A stretch of 64,000 bases of DNA. Source: Octopus vulgaris. Lineage: Eukaryota. The translations under genes and the position numbers were made by a program. The stretch lies in contig OX597820.1 in the NCBI GenBank assembly GCA_951406725.2, positions 116,746,001 to 116,810,000 of the forward strand. The letters run 5' to 3'. This document shows, piece by piece, positions 12,518-24,808 of the stretch; position 1 is the first letter of the stretch; each line of letters opens with the position of its first letter. The notes below the pieces were generated by a model that did not search any database, had not been told where the DNA came from, and worked only from the letters and a program-made list of their open reading frames with translations.

Positions 12518-13800
12518 GTAAGTAAATTCAGTCGCCTTTTAATTGTTTTTATATAAACATATTTTATTGAATTTTTAGTTTGAAAGAAAATAATGATTGT
12601 TAACACGCTTAAAATTGATGAGAAAAAGAAAGTTTACTTAGCTAAATCGAAACAGCGGACACATGCTTACCTACAACGAAAACCGACCTCAATAACTATA
12701 AACTCGCAAAACAAAACCCAGTTTAAACTGATTTGACTAGTTTTTATAGAAGTTGTATTGATGACACTTGGGATCCGAAGTCCAGTATTGTGACAACAAG
12801 GTTGAAAAGCATTGCGTCAGTGTGTAAACATAGACATTAAGCCCTATTCACAAACATGCGAGCGCTCGCACTCCTACACGCTTACAGAGAGGATGAGAGG
12901 GTGTAAGCCAAGGTTTTTACCAGGACCCACCCATATCACTATTAAAAATAAAATTAGAGAAAACGCAATTCTTATAAGCGGTAGGTGCAGTTGTGTTGGT
13001 GTGTGTGTGTAACTGGGTTGTCCCAATGAAAACAGCCGCCCAGATTCAGGCAGTTTTATGACACTTGATACTGTAATAACGAATTTACTTTAAAATATAC
13101 ACAATCTATAATTTTCTCTTCATGTTCATTTTTGCCTCCTCCCGATTCTATACAGTCTAATACAACAGACCCAAATGTGGAGCCCCCGTAAAAGCGAAAG
13201 TACCGCCCCATAAAAGCATCGCCGGGGCAGACTGTCGCCAGGCTTTGCTCACCCAGCTACGCTACTGTTTCCCCAAGTTGTCTCGAAATGATAGGTTATG
13301 GTTAACTGAGAGAGGAAATTAGTTGAATTAATGCTCTCTTTCAAACTTGAAAAAATTATTGTTGGGACAGAGGTATAAGGTAAGAATTACGTGAACAGCA
13401 GAGAGAGGAAGATTCCTTTGTGAGAAATGAAGGTTTGCCCAAAAGACTCTGAACGGTGTTTTGGAGGTGAAATCTATTTAAGTTTATGAATACTGGCACG
13501 AAAATGTATCGAATATTATTCAAAATGATAAAGAAAAATTAATGGGCTTGGATATTGGCAAGGTGAGTTTGCAAGGACATAAAGCACACGAGCGACAGAG
13601 TTGATAATGGAATGTCCGACCAACTTAGAGGATGGTCGTTTATATTCTGTGACTGGTTACGCAATGCTTTGTTATTGTTGCTGTTCTTACAGCTGTCGTT
13701 GTTAACTTTGTTCCAGTCCGACTCTGATCAAAAAAACAGACCCGTGATCGATAATGTTCCGTACTGACTTATTTTCAAACTTAATGTATTTAAAATTGCA

Positions 13801-13965
13801 TAGGCGCAGGAGTGGCTGTGTGGTAAGTAGCTTGCTAACCAACCACATGGTTCCAGGTTCAGTCCCACTGCGTGGTACCTTGGGCAAGTGTCTTCTACTA
13901 TAGCCCCGGGCCGGCCAATGCCTTGTGAGTGGATTTGGTAGACGGAAACTGAAAGAAGCCCGTCG

Positions 13966-13998
<33 letters not shown>

Positions 13999-14195
13999 CT
14001 GTGTTTGTCCTCCTAGCATTGCTTGACAACCGATGCTGGTGTGTTTACGTCCCCGTCACTTAGCTGTTCGGCAAAAGTGACCGATAGAATAAGTACTGGG
14101 CTTACAAAGAATAAGTCCCGGGGTCGATTTCCTTGATTAAAAGGCGGTGCTCCAGCATGGCCGCAGTCAAATGACTGAAACAAGCAAAAGAGGAA
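13801..14195 (+). mobile_element. SINE family A
   Basis: Full-length copy. Confidence 0.85.
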
Positions 14196-14937
14196 AGAGC
14201 AGGTAATGTCTTCTTTCTGGGTGGTAGGGAAGGAGGTAGCTTTCATTTTATTTTTTTAAAAAAATGTTTTGTTAGCTTTTACTTGTTTCAGTCGTTGGAC
14301 TGCGGCCATGCTGGAGCATAGCCTCGAAGCCTTTAACAAATTGACCCTACTACATACTTTTAAGTTTGGTACTGATTCTATCGGTACCTTTTGCCGAACT
14401 CCTAAGTTATAGGGTCGTAAACAAACCAACACCAGTCGTCAAGCACTGAGAGAAAGACAACACACACACGCACATACACACACACACGCACACACACAAA
14501 CACACACACACACACACACACATTGTCAATACATGTTTTGAATCCAGAAGAAATTTCTTTACCGATGTACAATGTTAACACATGTCACTGTAGAGGTAGG
14601 CTTCAATACAGTTTCCATCAACCAAATTCACTCAAAAGCCATTGCTTAGTAGAAAACACTTGCCCAAAATATAGTGCAGTGAGTCTGAACCCAAAACCAT
14701 GTGGTTCAAAGCAAGCTTCTTAACTATACAGGAGATTTAGCTATTATTTTTAGCAGGTTCAATGACAACATGGAGGCTCCCTCATGTTTTGTGCCTGTGG
14801 TTGAGTGACTTTATTCTGGGACAGCTCAGTCCATCTAGCTGTAAATGGGTAATCACATGGGAAAATACTTCTCACTGCTCGTAAGTCTCAGCATCAGTTT
14901 AAAATTGTTGAGTTTAAAGGATGCTGAGAATGTTAAC

Positions 14938-15500
14938 AGGCGCAGGAGTGGCTGTGTGGTAAGTAGCTTGCTAACCAACCACATGGTTCCGGGTTCAGTC
15001 CCACTGCGTGGCACCTTGGGCAAGTGTCTTCTGCTATAGCCTCGGTCCGACCAATGCCTTGTGAGTGGATTTGTTAGACGGAAACTGAAAGAATCCTGTC
15101 GTATATATGGCGTTAGGAAGGGCATCCAGCTGTAGAAACATTGCCAGATTAGACTGGAGCCTGGTGCAGCCTTCTGGCTTCCCAGAACCCCGGTCGAACC
15201 GTCCAACCCATGCTAGCATGGAGAACGGACGTTAAACGATGATGATGATGATGATGATGATGATATGTGTGTGTATGTGTGTGTGTTTGTGTGTGTGTGT
15301 TTGTCCCCCTAGCATTGCTTGACAACCGATGCTGGTGTGTTTACGTCCCCGTCACTTAGCAGTTCGGCAAAAGAGACCGATAGAATAAGTACTGGGCTTA
15401 CAAAGAATAAGTCCAGGGGTCGATTTGCTCGACTAAAGGCGGTGCTCCAGCATGGCCGCAGTCAAATGACTGAAACAAGTAAAAGAGTAAAGAGTAAAGA
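14938..15500 (+). mobile_element. SINE family A with a family D 3' end inserted at ~15108-15263
   Basis: SINE head and tail are separated by the ggcgttaggaagggcatcc...(TGA)n segment. Confidence 0.8.
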
Positions 15501-15546
15501 GAGTTTAAAGACTCTTTTTTTAAGCTAATTATGTGTATTTACACAC

Positions 15547-15700
15547 TGCTGAGGAGAGCACGAGTCAGGTGGGCAGGCCATCTTGTTCAAATATGTGACA
15601 TACAATTCCTCAAGAGACTGTTTTACAGGAACTGATGGGAGGCAAGTGCATGCAGGGTGGACCGAAAAGGCACTTCAAGGATACACTCAAAACCCTTCAA
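15547..15700 (+). mobile_element. RTE (BovB-like) C-terminal fragment
   Basis: Degenerate RWAGHLVQ...KRLFY...QGGPKRHFKDTLK. Confidence 0.6.
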
Positions 15701-15845
15701 TGAGACTTAGAAGAGCCCCTAAGCTCAATCATGATGAGAATTTCTAATCACAGGTAGCCATGTTTTGTGCCATTTCATTCTTATTTGAAATTGTGTGCAT
15801 GACATAACTTGAAGCTGGTTTCAAGAGAAAATGGACCCAGTAAAC

Positions 15846-16101
15846 CAGTGGTTTTCAATCATTATTTGCCTATGAAACCCTTTGATTTTTATTGTACTAG
15901 AGTGGACCCTCATAAACATTTGATATTTAAAAAAATCCAATTATATTCTCATTATCAAATATTATTGGGAATTGTATTTTAAAAAATGTTAAAATATTTT
16001 GTGTATGGTAGAAGTATAAACTATTCATTTTACATAAATTTTAAAAACAAAATCTTATAGGGACACTGAATGGTCACAGGGACCTCAATTGAGAACCCCT
16101 G
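15846..16101. mobile_element. hAT-type MITE
   Basis: TIRs CAGTGGTTTTCAA / TTGAGAACCCCTG; perfect 8-bp TSD CAGTAAAC at 15838-15845 and 16102-16109. Confidence 0.85.
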
Positions 16102-17036
16102 CAGTAAACATTTAAAGTGGGTGGAAAATGAGCAATGGTAACATAGGGCCAAGTGAGCCCTTTTGTTTTGTCAAAGACATGACAACCGCTCTTGTGAGGG
16201 TATCAAGATAAAATGCACTCAATACATCCTGTAAAGTACTTAGTAAGGGTCACAATCCTAGAAACCTTGTCAAAAGTGGAACATATGCAGCAAGATGCGG
16301 TCCTCCAACATACTCCAAAAGTACCGTCTTATATCCTCACACTCATCAGGCTGGTTACCTGTTTCCCATGGTGTACAAATGACTGAGATGACAACATTCC
16401 CCCTGGATGGGAAGCCAGTCCCTCACAGTTACTCAATGCATGTGTGTATGTATGTATGTATGTATGTATGTATGTATGTGTGTATGCGTGTGTGTATGCA
16501 TGCAAGTGTGCTTGTGTGTGTATGTGTGCTTGTGTGTGTATTATGCATGTGTGTATGCATGCATGTGTGTGTGTATGTATGCATGTGTGTGTGTGCATGT
16601 GTGTATGTATATGTGCATGTGTGTATGTATGCATGTGTGTGTATGCATGCATGTGTGTATGCATGCATATGTGTGTGTGAATGTATGCATGCATGTGAGT
16701 TTATGTATGCATGCGTGTGTGTGTATGCATCTGTATGCATGTGCATATATGTATGTGTGTGCATGCATGTGCGTGTGTGTGTGTGTGTAGCCTTGTCTTG
16801 GCATTACATGATGGTTGTAAACAATCATCACCATCATACAAGCAGCGTTGTTCATTTCCAGTCTTCGGTGAAAACATGTCTGGCCACGGGGCAAATATTA
16901 CTTTGGTTGCCTCAACAAATTCTGTCTGACCCTTGCAAGTATGGAAAAGTGAGCATTAAATGATGTTGGTGAACACTTTCAATACTAAAGTTACAAATGT
17001 TTGTAACTTTTAATTATAACATTAAAACTGAATGTA

Positions 17037-17595
17037 CAAGGGTGAGTCAAAAAGTAATGCCGTTTTGTTTAGGACAGGTATAATTACCAACACAGGAACA
17101 TGTATCCTACATCAAAATGAAGCTGGTCCTCTGTGGATCACATCCCTACTTCTCAACATTGTCACTGTTTTTTTCAATAGCAATGTTCCACCTTCGAATG
17201 AGAGCATGTATCCTTGCCCTGTAAAATTCTGTTGACTGTTGTTTGAGCCACTTCTTCACTAGAGTTTTCACTTCCTCGTCACTGGAATAATGTTTGCCTC
17301 TCAAACCCTCTTTCGTGGTGCCAAATAGATGATAGTTTGAAGGCACTAAATCTGGTGAGTGTGGAGGTAGTGAAGAAGAGGCTCAAAGAACAGTCACCAG
17401 AATTTTACGGGGCAGGGATACATGCCCTCATTCAAAGGTGGAACATTGCTATTGAGAGAAACGGTGACTATTTTGAGAAGTAGGGATGTGATCCACAGAG
17501 GACCAGCTTCACTTTGATGTATGATACATGTTCCTGTGTTGTTAGTAATTATACCTGTCCTAAACAAAATGGCTTTACTTTTTGACTCACCCTCG
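17037..17595. mobile_element. mariner-derived fold-back MITE
   Basis: TA TSD; TIR c(a/g)agggtgagtcaaaaagtaa. Internal minus-strand PSNYHLFG..KEGLRGKHYSSDEEVK is a mariner transposase C-terminus. Both arms derive from the element 3' end. Confidence 0.85.
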
Positions 17596-17644
17596 TAAAA
17601 AATAATGACTTCCTTTTGCAGGTTTTGCCAGTCAAAGAGAAAAA

Positions 17645-17762
17645 ATGACATTATCATTGTCAGAAATAGAGAAATATATCCAAAAATTGTGCCAAACCAA
17701 ACGGATAAGAATCCAACAGTTTTTTCAAGACTATGATTCCCTGAGGTCAGGTTATGTGACAG
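17645..17762 (+). CDS. multi-EF-hand (CFAP115/FAP115-like) protein, coding exon 1
   Basis: Acceptor ttccttttgcag|17622, ATG at 17645. MTLSLSEIEKYIQKLCQTKRIRIQQFFQDYDSLRSGYVT. Donor CAG|GTAATA, phase 1. Confidence 0.9.
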
Positions 17763-19012
17763 GTAATAATCGTTTGTAATTTTTAGCACAAAGCCATCAA
17801 CCCCAGTACATGACTGGTATTTATTTTATCAACTCTGGAACAATGAAAGGCAAAATTGCCTTTGGTGGCATTTGAACTTAGAACATAAACTGGAAGAAGT
17901 GCTGCCAAGTTTTTTAGTTATGCCATATGAATTCGAAATGTCTCTCAAAGTTTCTGAATTCTCATGATGTCAGCAATTTATAATTCTCATTGGTAATGGA
18001 CAGAGAAATTTGAAGGATTGCTTTGGTCCAATGGTAGAATGTCTGTCACACTTACAGGATATGTGGGTTCAAGTCCCATGGCAATCTTTGATGTTTTCCA
18101 TTCAAAGGGTTTTTTAACCCAATATTTACAAGCTATTATTACCCTGGGCACATAAACGAAAACTGGGTATTGTGATAACTTGCCTTTGTCTGTGTGTTTG
18201 CAAAGTTACTGGAAAATGGCTGAATGAATTTTCCCCAAATTTGGTAGAAATACTCAGTGGGTGAGTGGCTCAAAATTATGGAAATTTGGTTTGATTATCT
18301 TCAAACATAAATCAATACATACATAGATATGTGATTGTGTGTGTGTGTATAGTGTTGGATTCAAGGGTTTTGTTTATTTATGAGTTGATTGCTTAATTTC
18401 AGTGGAGTATAAACATGTATGATGGTGATACTTAAAAGAAATAAAATTCTTTTAGAATCAAACTTATAAATTTCCCGATAAGCAAGTGGATATATTATTC
18501 ATATCGTACAACAAACTACAGCACATGTGATTCACCTGCCATCATTGAAAGACACTATACAATATTTTCTATAAGTATTTCATTTTGTTCACTTCCTTTT
18601 TCATATGAATCGACCCTCGTCTTTGTGTGTAGAGATCATGGTGTACCTATGCATGTAGACACATGTGAGTACATACATACATACATAAATATATACATAT
18701 ATATGTGACTCTGTGTGTGTGTGTGTGTGTGTGTACAGTGATGGATTCAAGAGTTTCATTTATTTACAAGTTGTTTCCTTAATTTCATTGTTCTTAGGCT
18801 TCTAATCCTCTTTCAGTCAAACACAAAGCTTAATTCAATTCTGTTAAAAAGTATGAGAAAGCCATGCATTGTAAGCCATATTATAATTTGTGAAAAACTT
18901 TATCTGTGCACAGGGGATGCATCACCCTAGCCTTTTTATTTTTCATTTACAGCATTTTCTACTTCGAGTTCCATCCTTAAAAATATTTTTTTCCTTGTCT
19001 TTTATTTATTAG

Positions 19013-19238
19013 AAACTCAGTTTTTCCGATGTCTCTGTCAGACACTTAATATTACACTGAGCAAAGATGAAGAAAAAATTCTTTCTGAAAAATATGACTT
19101 TCGAAGAAATAAGACTGTCAACTACCGAGAGTTTTGTTCCACCATAAATAAACCAATCAAGGAAGACATGGATTCCAATGAACAGTCTGAAATATATCAA
19201 TGTAAACAACAACAACAACAACAACAACAGCAACCAGT
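19013..19238 (+). CDS. EF-hand protein coding exon 2
   Basis: tttatttattag| (E)TQFFRCLCQTLNITLSKDEEKILSEKYDFRRNKTVNYREFCSTINK...CKQQQQQQQQQP, then |GTGAGT. Phase 1 in, phase 2 out. Confidence 0.9.
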
Positions 19239-19565
19239 GTGAGTGTTTTAGTTGATTATAATTAATTGTTTGTATCATTTTTCATGTATGTCTCTGTGAA
19301 GATTGTTTTTTTAATGAGCTTTAATTAATTTTGCTGATGTGATCATAAAATGTGCTCACTCTCTTCTTTAAAGTGCTTGATGAACAAGGGGAGATAACTT
19401 AAGTTTGAGCGAACTCTTTAGTCTTGCTGAGAACACGTCAACCTCTCTTGTGCTGGTGCCACAATAGAATGCCTTCAATATGTTTTTTTTCTAAGGGTTG
19501 GTGTGAGGAAGGGCATCCATTTGTACAAACCATTTCAGAAATGTATGTGTGATGTATTGAGAGTA

Positions 19566-20880
19566 ATACGAAAATGAACATAACTTTTTTTATGAATTGA
19601 CATAGGTATCCCTGTTATACATGTTGGCAGAGTAACTCTTCTTCCAGTTCTTCTTCATAACAGACAAATAATGGGTTGCAAGTAGATGCAAGTTCTTGCT
19701 TTTGCTTGCAACATTATCATTGAGTTTTTGATGATGGAAGGATGCAGGCTGTCCACATTCACAGAAGGTTACAGGTTGTTTGCGGAAATGACACCATTGA
19801 CAAAAGTAATGTGTACAGATGCGTAAAAGAACTTCAAGAAAGAGAAGTCAGCATCAAAGATCAATCGTTCAGTGAGAGACCATCGACTACAAACATTGAA
19901 TCAAATCCTGAGTCATGTGCATGAGCTTGCTGCACACCTGGGCTATGGTCAGAATGCAATATAGAAAACGGGGAAAGACTTTGGATATTGGAAATTGTGT
20001 TCAAAGTGGATACCATGACAACTGACACTCAATTTGAAAGAAAGGTAGTTGTTGCACTGATCTGCTGGAAGCATTTGAAGCTGATGAAGACATTTTTTTC
20101 TGATCTGCTAAAACAGGGGCATATCTTTATGATCTGGAAACAAAAGCTCAATCCATGGAATGGTATCACACTTCTTCGTTATGGCTAGGGATGTTCAAGG
20201 GCCAGCAATCAGCAATAGACGTGGTGATTGTTGTTTTGGTTTGACAACTGTGTCATTCTCCTTGGTTTTCTGGAACATGGCAGCACTTTGGACTAACAAG
20301 CAGTACATTGAGACAGGAGGCGCAATGACCCAGTGGTTAGGGCAGCGGACTCGTGGTCATAGGATCGCGGTTTCGATTCCCAGACTGTGCATTGTGAGTG
20401 TTTATTGAGCGAAAACACCTAAAAGCTCCACGAGGCTCCGGCAGGGAATGGTGGTGATCCCTGCTGTACTCTTTCACCACAACTTTCTCTCACTCTTACT
20501 TCCTGTTTCTGTTGTACCTGTATTTCAAGGGGCCGGCCTTGTCACTCTCTGTGTCATGCTGAATATCCCCGAGAACTACGTTAAGGGTGCATGTGTCTGT
20601 GGAGTGCTCAGCCACTTACACGTTAATTTCACGAGCAGGCTGTTCCGTTGATCGGATCAACCGGAACCCTCGTCGTCGTAACCGATGGAGTGCTTCCATA
20701 CATTGAGACAATCAAGATGCTCAGAGAAGCTGTGTGGAGGAAGAGACCAAGCAAGCATCTGTAAACAGTCCACGTCAAGACAATGCATGACCACAGACAT
20801 CCTTGGCCATAACATCCAACCAATAAACGGGGTAGAGGAGTAATTCTCCATTCACCATCCAGGTGATTGTCTTACCTTCA
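19566..20880 (+). mobile_element. decayed mariner transposon interrupted by a SINE
   Basis: IHRRLQVVCGNDTIDKSNVYRCVKELQEREVSIKDQSFSERPST is a mariner HTH region; later degenerate catalytic-domain pieces. Confidence 0.65.
20316..20698 (+). mobile_element. tRNA-derived SINE family C
   Basis: Head ggcgcaatg(a/g)cccagtggttaggg...gtttcgattccc; 12-bp TSD TACATTGAGACA. Copies at 29182-29549(-) and 63247-63626(+). Confidence 0.88.
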
Positions 20881-20924
20881 CAACCATATTGTGTTTCACA
20901 TTCTTTTATTTATTTTTCAATTAC

Positions 20925-21350
20925 TCTCTTTTTTTACTCTTTTACTCTTTTACTTGTTTCAGTCATTTGACTGCGGCCCTGCTGGAGCACCGCCTTTAGT
21001 CAAGCAAATCGACCCCGGGACTTATTCTTTGTAAGCCCAGTACTTATTCTATCGGTCTCTTTTGCCGAACCGCTAAGTGACGGGGACGTAAACACACCAG
21101 CATCGGTTGTCAAGCAATGCTAAGGGGACAAACACAAACACACAAACACACACACATACATATATATATATATATTTACATATATACGACAGGCTTCTTT
21201 CAGTTTCCGTCTACCAAATCCACTCACAAGGCATTGGTCGGCCCGAGGCTATAGCAGAAGACACTTGCCCAAGATGCCACGCAGTGGGACTGAACCCGGA
21301 ACCATGTGGTTGGTTAGCAAGCTACTTACCACACAGCCACTCCTGCGCCT
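20925..21350 (-). mobile_element. SINE family A
   Basis: Full-length reverse copy. Confidence 0.85.
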
Positions 21351-22049
21351 AATTATAATTATATAATTATCTAATTTTTGTTCATTTCAGTCAATCAATC
21401 AATTGTTTAATCAATGTTTTATATATTTCATATGACTGCTACATAAAGTGCTGCAATATTGTTGTTGTCATCGTTGCTGTCCTCCGCCTTGTCACTCCCC
21501 CTCATTCCCCCGTCCTTCAATTTCTTTCCTCTTCTTCTCCTCTTCCATTTCTTCCTCTTACTTCCCCTTCTTCTTGCTCCTTCTCCTTCTTCCCACTCTT
21601 TCCCTTTTTCTCCCCTCCACATCCTCTTCATCCTCTCAAGGTAGTTCTAATTGAGGGACCCCCTACCTTCACTCTCTTTCTTTACATCTTTAGCCTGATC
21701 ATACGTTGATCCAATGTGTTCTTTTGTAAGTCAGCAGGACTAGCTTTGAGGGTGAATTGACTGTTATTCATAGCAGTTTGCACGACCAGATAGAAGCTCA
21801 TAATAAGGAGAAATGATTAAGTTGGAATGATAAGAGAATATTCATGCTTTTCCCATCTCTTCTCTTTTTCCTCCTCTCCATGTACTCTGCATCCTCTCAA
21901 GCTAATTCTGATTGAGGGACATATCATCAAAGGCTTTCCAGCCATGACTACCCCCACCTTTACTCTCTCTTTTTATACTTTATCCAATGTATAATCATTA
22001 ATGTATTCATTAAGATCTGGCCAGATCTTAATCAATACATATGAATTAA

Positions 22050-22270
22050 TATACATTATTTACATTTGATGGATATTTGTCCTCATCTTGTTTGTTGTTA
22101 ACACAATGTTTCAGCTGATATACCCTCCAGCCTTCTTCAGGTGTCTTGGGGAAATTTCAAACCTGGTGGAGGGTGGAGGGTATATCAGCCAAAACATGTT
22201 AACAACAAACAAGATGAGGAAAAATATCTGTCTAATGTAAATAATTCCTCATCTCTTAAATATAGAACTG
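22050..22270. mobile_element. Penelope-like terminal repeat in inverted arrangement
   Basis: Arms ttacatttgatggatatttgtcctcatcttgtttgttgttaac / gttaacaacaaacaagatgagga...aatgtaa; contains a hammerhead motif. Confidence 0.6.
22100..22145 (-). ncRNA. second copy of the same hammerhead motif
   Basis: GACAC-CTGAAGA-A-GGCTG gagggtatat CAGCT-GAAA-CA-TT-GTGTT. Confidence 0.62.
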
Positions 22271-22290
22271 TATTATATGACGGTTTTGAA

Positions 22291-22703
22291 TTTGGTTTGC
22301 AAGATTCTTTTATGAGTTCGTGTGTTGAAGCATATTCTGTTGTGTCTGGGGAGAGTCATTTTCTTTTTGTGCCTTATAATTTAACACACTCACTGGTAAA
22401 ATTTCCACTCTTATTTATTTTTCTAAAATTTTCCTTGTGTCTTGCAATACTATTGAAAAGGTTGCAAGATGCAATGAAAATTTTTAAAAAATAAAAAAAG
22501 AAATAAGCGAAAATTATTAATTATAATTTCGTTTTTGGATTTGGTTTGCAAGATTCTTTATATGAGTTCGTGTGTTGAAGCATATTCTGTTGTGTCTGGG
22601 GAGGGTCATTTTCTTTTTGTGCCCTATAATTTAACACACTCACTGGTAAAATTTCCACTTATTTCTTATTTTTATTTTCCTAAAATTTTCGTTCCGTCTT
22701 GCA
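22291..22703. repeat. two direct copies (~160 bp) of an unclassified repeat
   Basis: ttggtttgcaagattctt...gtcttgcaa at ~22291-22448 and ~22541-22703. Confidence 0.8.
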
Positions 22704-22959
22704 AAAACATATTGTTATATGTATGAATAACCATATTCATCGAATTGTTCATTCATACATAACCAACTGTATGAATATGGTTGCATATTCATACTGTTGC
22801 AATCATACCAACTGTTGCACTGTGCCAACAGTTGGTACAGTGCAACCATACCAACTCCAGACAACAACCCATCCCAAAACAAGAAAATTCTTTTTTTAGT
22901 GTTGATGAATCTGACAAAAGAAATTAAAAAAGAAGCACTTCTAACTCTCACACAGCACC

Positions 22960-23704
22960 AACCACTGCTATTACCCCAGTGCACAACCACACCATTGCTG
23001 TCTTGAACAGAAAAATTCAAATGGAAGGCAACAACACAACGAAAAGTGCAAGGAATATTAATGCAGTATATGGGAATTGGACAATAAGCGTAAGCCAGTG
23101 TCAAAGGTTCTTCCAGAAATTCCAAGCCGGAAACTATAGCCTAGAAGACAAGCCTCATCCTGGAAGATCTGTAGAGCTCGACAAGGATGTCCTGCAAACA
23201 CTGGTGGGACAAAATCCCATTATAACTGTTGAGGAACTAGCAGAGAAGCTTGGATTTGGTCATTCGAATCAGTGTGGGAAGAAAATCAACCATCTTTGGT
23301 TTCAAGATGAAAAGTGTTCTTCCACCAGAATAATGTTCGGCCACATACAGCAAGGATGATATTCCAAATGCTGGAACAGTTTTAATGGGAAACGATACCC
23401 TACCCACCATATTCACAGGACATTGCACCATCTGATTATCATTTATTCCACAGTTTTCATAATCATTTGGATGGAAAAAATATGAATTCTGTAGACGAGG
23501 TCAGAACAACACGGGAGGAATATTTTTTGTCATGGACAAGTGAATTTTGGTAGAGGGATCTTGCAAATCCACCAGAGAGATGGAAGATCATTATAGAAAA
23601 TGAAGGAAAGTATATTTTAGATTAAAAAAGAATTTTGCTTACCTTAATTTTGAAAAATAAAAGAAGTATAAAAAAAACTGCATTATTTATGGGATGACCT
23701 AGTA
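22960..23704 (+). mobile_element. mariner transposase remnant
   Basis: KSARNINAVYG...CQRFFQKFQAGNYSLEDKPHPGRSVELD...TVEELAEKL and PYPPYSQDIAPSDYHLF (mariner YSPDLAPSD motif); TIR-like end ttatgggatgacctagTA. Confidence 0.8.
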
Positions 23705-24110
23705 TTTTAGTATCTTATAAGCTTAAAGCTCATAAGTGATCACCGCGCAACAATTAAAGAAAATAGTCCAATAATGGGGCAATGGAAAAATGTAGGTTTT
23801 CCTGTATGCGTGGGACACACACACACTCATATACATATATATCATATACAAAGATTCATAAATATGTCTCCCATAGTTTTATTTCCTCATTTTTCACAGC
23901 ACCCCCAGACAGGCTGTGACTTTTTTTTTTACCTCCAATAACAGAGAAGAGTTGATATTTTTTTCCAAACTCGTCATCTCTGAAGAGTACATAGTGTTAG
24001 TTAACCATTCTGTTATCTAATCCCTGGTTACCTAATATCCACTGCAAAACTCACCAATAAGATTGGTGGAACTGGATCTATAATACTTCATACTTTGACT
24101 ATATATATTC

Positions 24111-24505
24111 ACGAGTGGCTGTGTGGTAAGTAGCTTGCTTACCAACCACATGGTTCCGGGTTCAGTCCCACTGCGCAGCATCTTGGGCAAGTGTCTTCTA
24201 CTATAGCCTTGGGCCGACCAATGCCTTGTGAGTGGATTTGGTAGATGGAAACTGAAAGAAGCCTGTCATATATATGTATGTATTTGTGTGTATGTTTGTG
24301 TGTCTGTGTTTGTTCCCCTAGCATTGCTTGACAACTGATGCTGGTGTGTTTACGTCCCCGTCACTTAGCGGTTCGGCAAAAGACACCGATAGAATAAGTA
24401 CTGGGCTTACAAAGAATAAGTCTCGGGGTCGATTTGCTCTACTAAAGGCGGTGCTCCAGCATGGCCGCAGTCAAATGACTGAAACAAGTAAAAGAGTAAA
24501 AGAGA
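24111..24505 (+). mobile_element. SINE family A
   Basis: Near full-length copy about 170 bp upstream of coding exon 3. Confidence 0.85.
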
Positions 24506-24672
24506 GAGAGAGTTTGTATGTTTATATACAAATATACTTAAACATATGTACTTGCATACTTCACTGATTTGTTAAAACTTTTGATGAAAAATAAGGGTTA
24601 AAATAAGTGAAAAAAAAAATGAAGGAGCAAATTTATCTGCCAACCCTAAAAACATTTACCATATTCTTTCAG

Positions 24673-24808
24673 AACACCAACAAAGTATTCTACATTGGAT
24701 CAGGTTTTATCTCGGTTAGCTACTTATTATAATCTTTATGGCTTGTCAGTAAAAAGAGGCTTTGAAGATTTTGATATGCACAGTAAGGGCACTGTTACAG
24801 AAAGTCAG
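24673..24808 (+). CDS. EF-hand protein coding exon 3
   Basis: ttctttcag| (V)TPTKYSTLDQVLSRLATYYNLYGLSVKRGFEDFDMHSKGTVTESQ |GTGGGT. Phase 2 in, phase 0 out. Confidence 0.9.

Noticed and set aside
16295-16963. 222-aa Cys/Val-rich ORF and similar [12 protein letters not shown] and poly-H/T/N ORFs throughout
   Set aside because: Translations of (TG)n, (TA)n, (TATG)n, (CAT)n and (GGT)n microsatellites.
18020-18085. tRNA-like sequence with A and B boxes
   Set aside because: The acceptor stem and anticodon loop do not form properly; more likely a decayed SINE head or tRNA pseudogene. The other tRNA-like heads in the window belong to SINEs.
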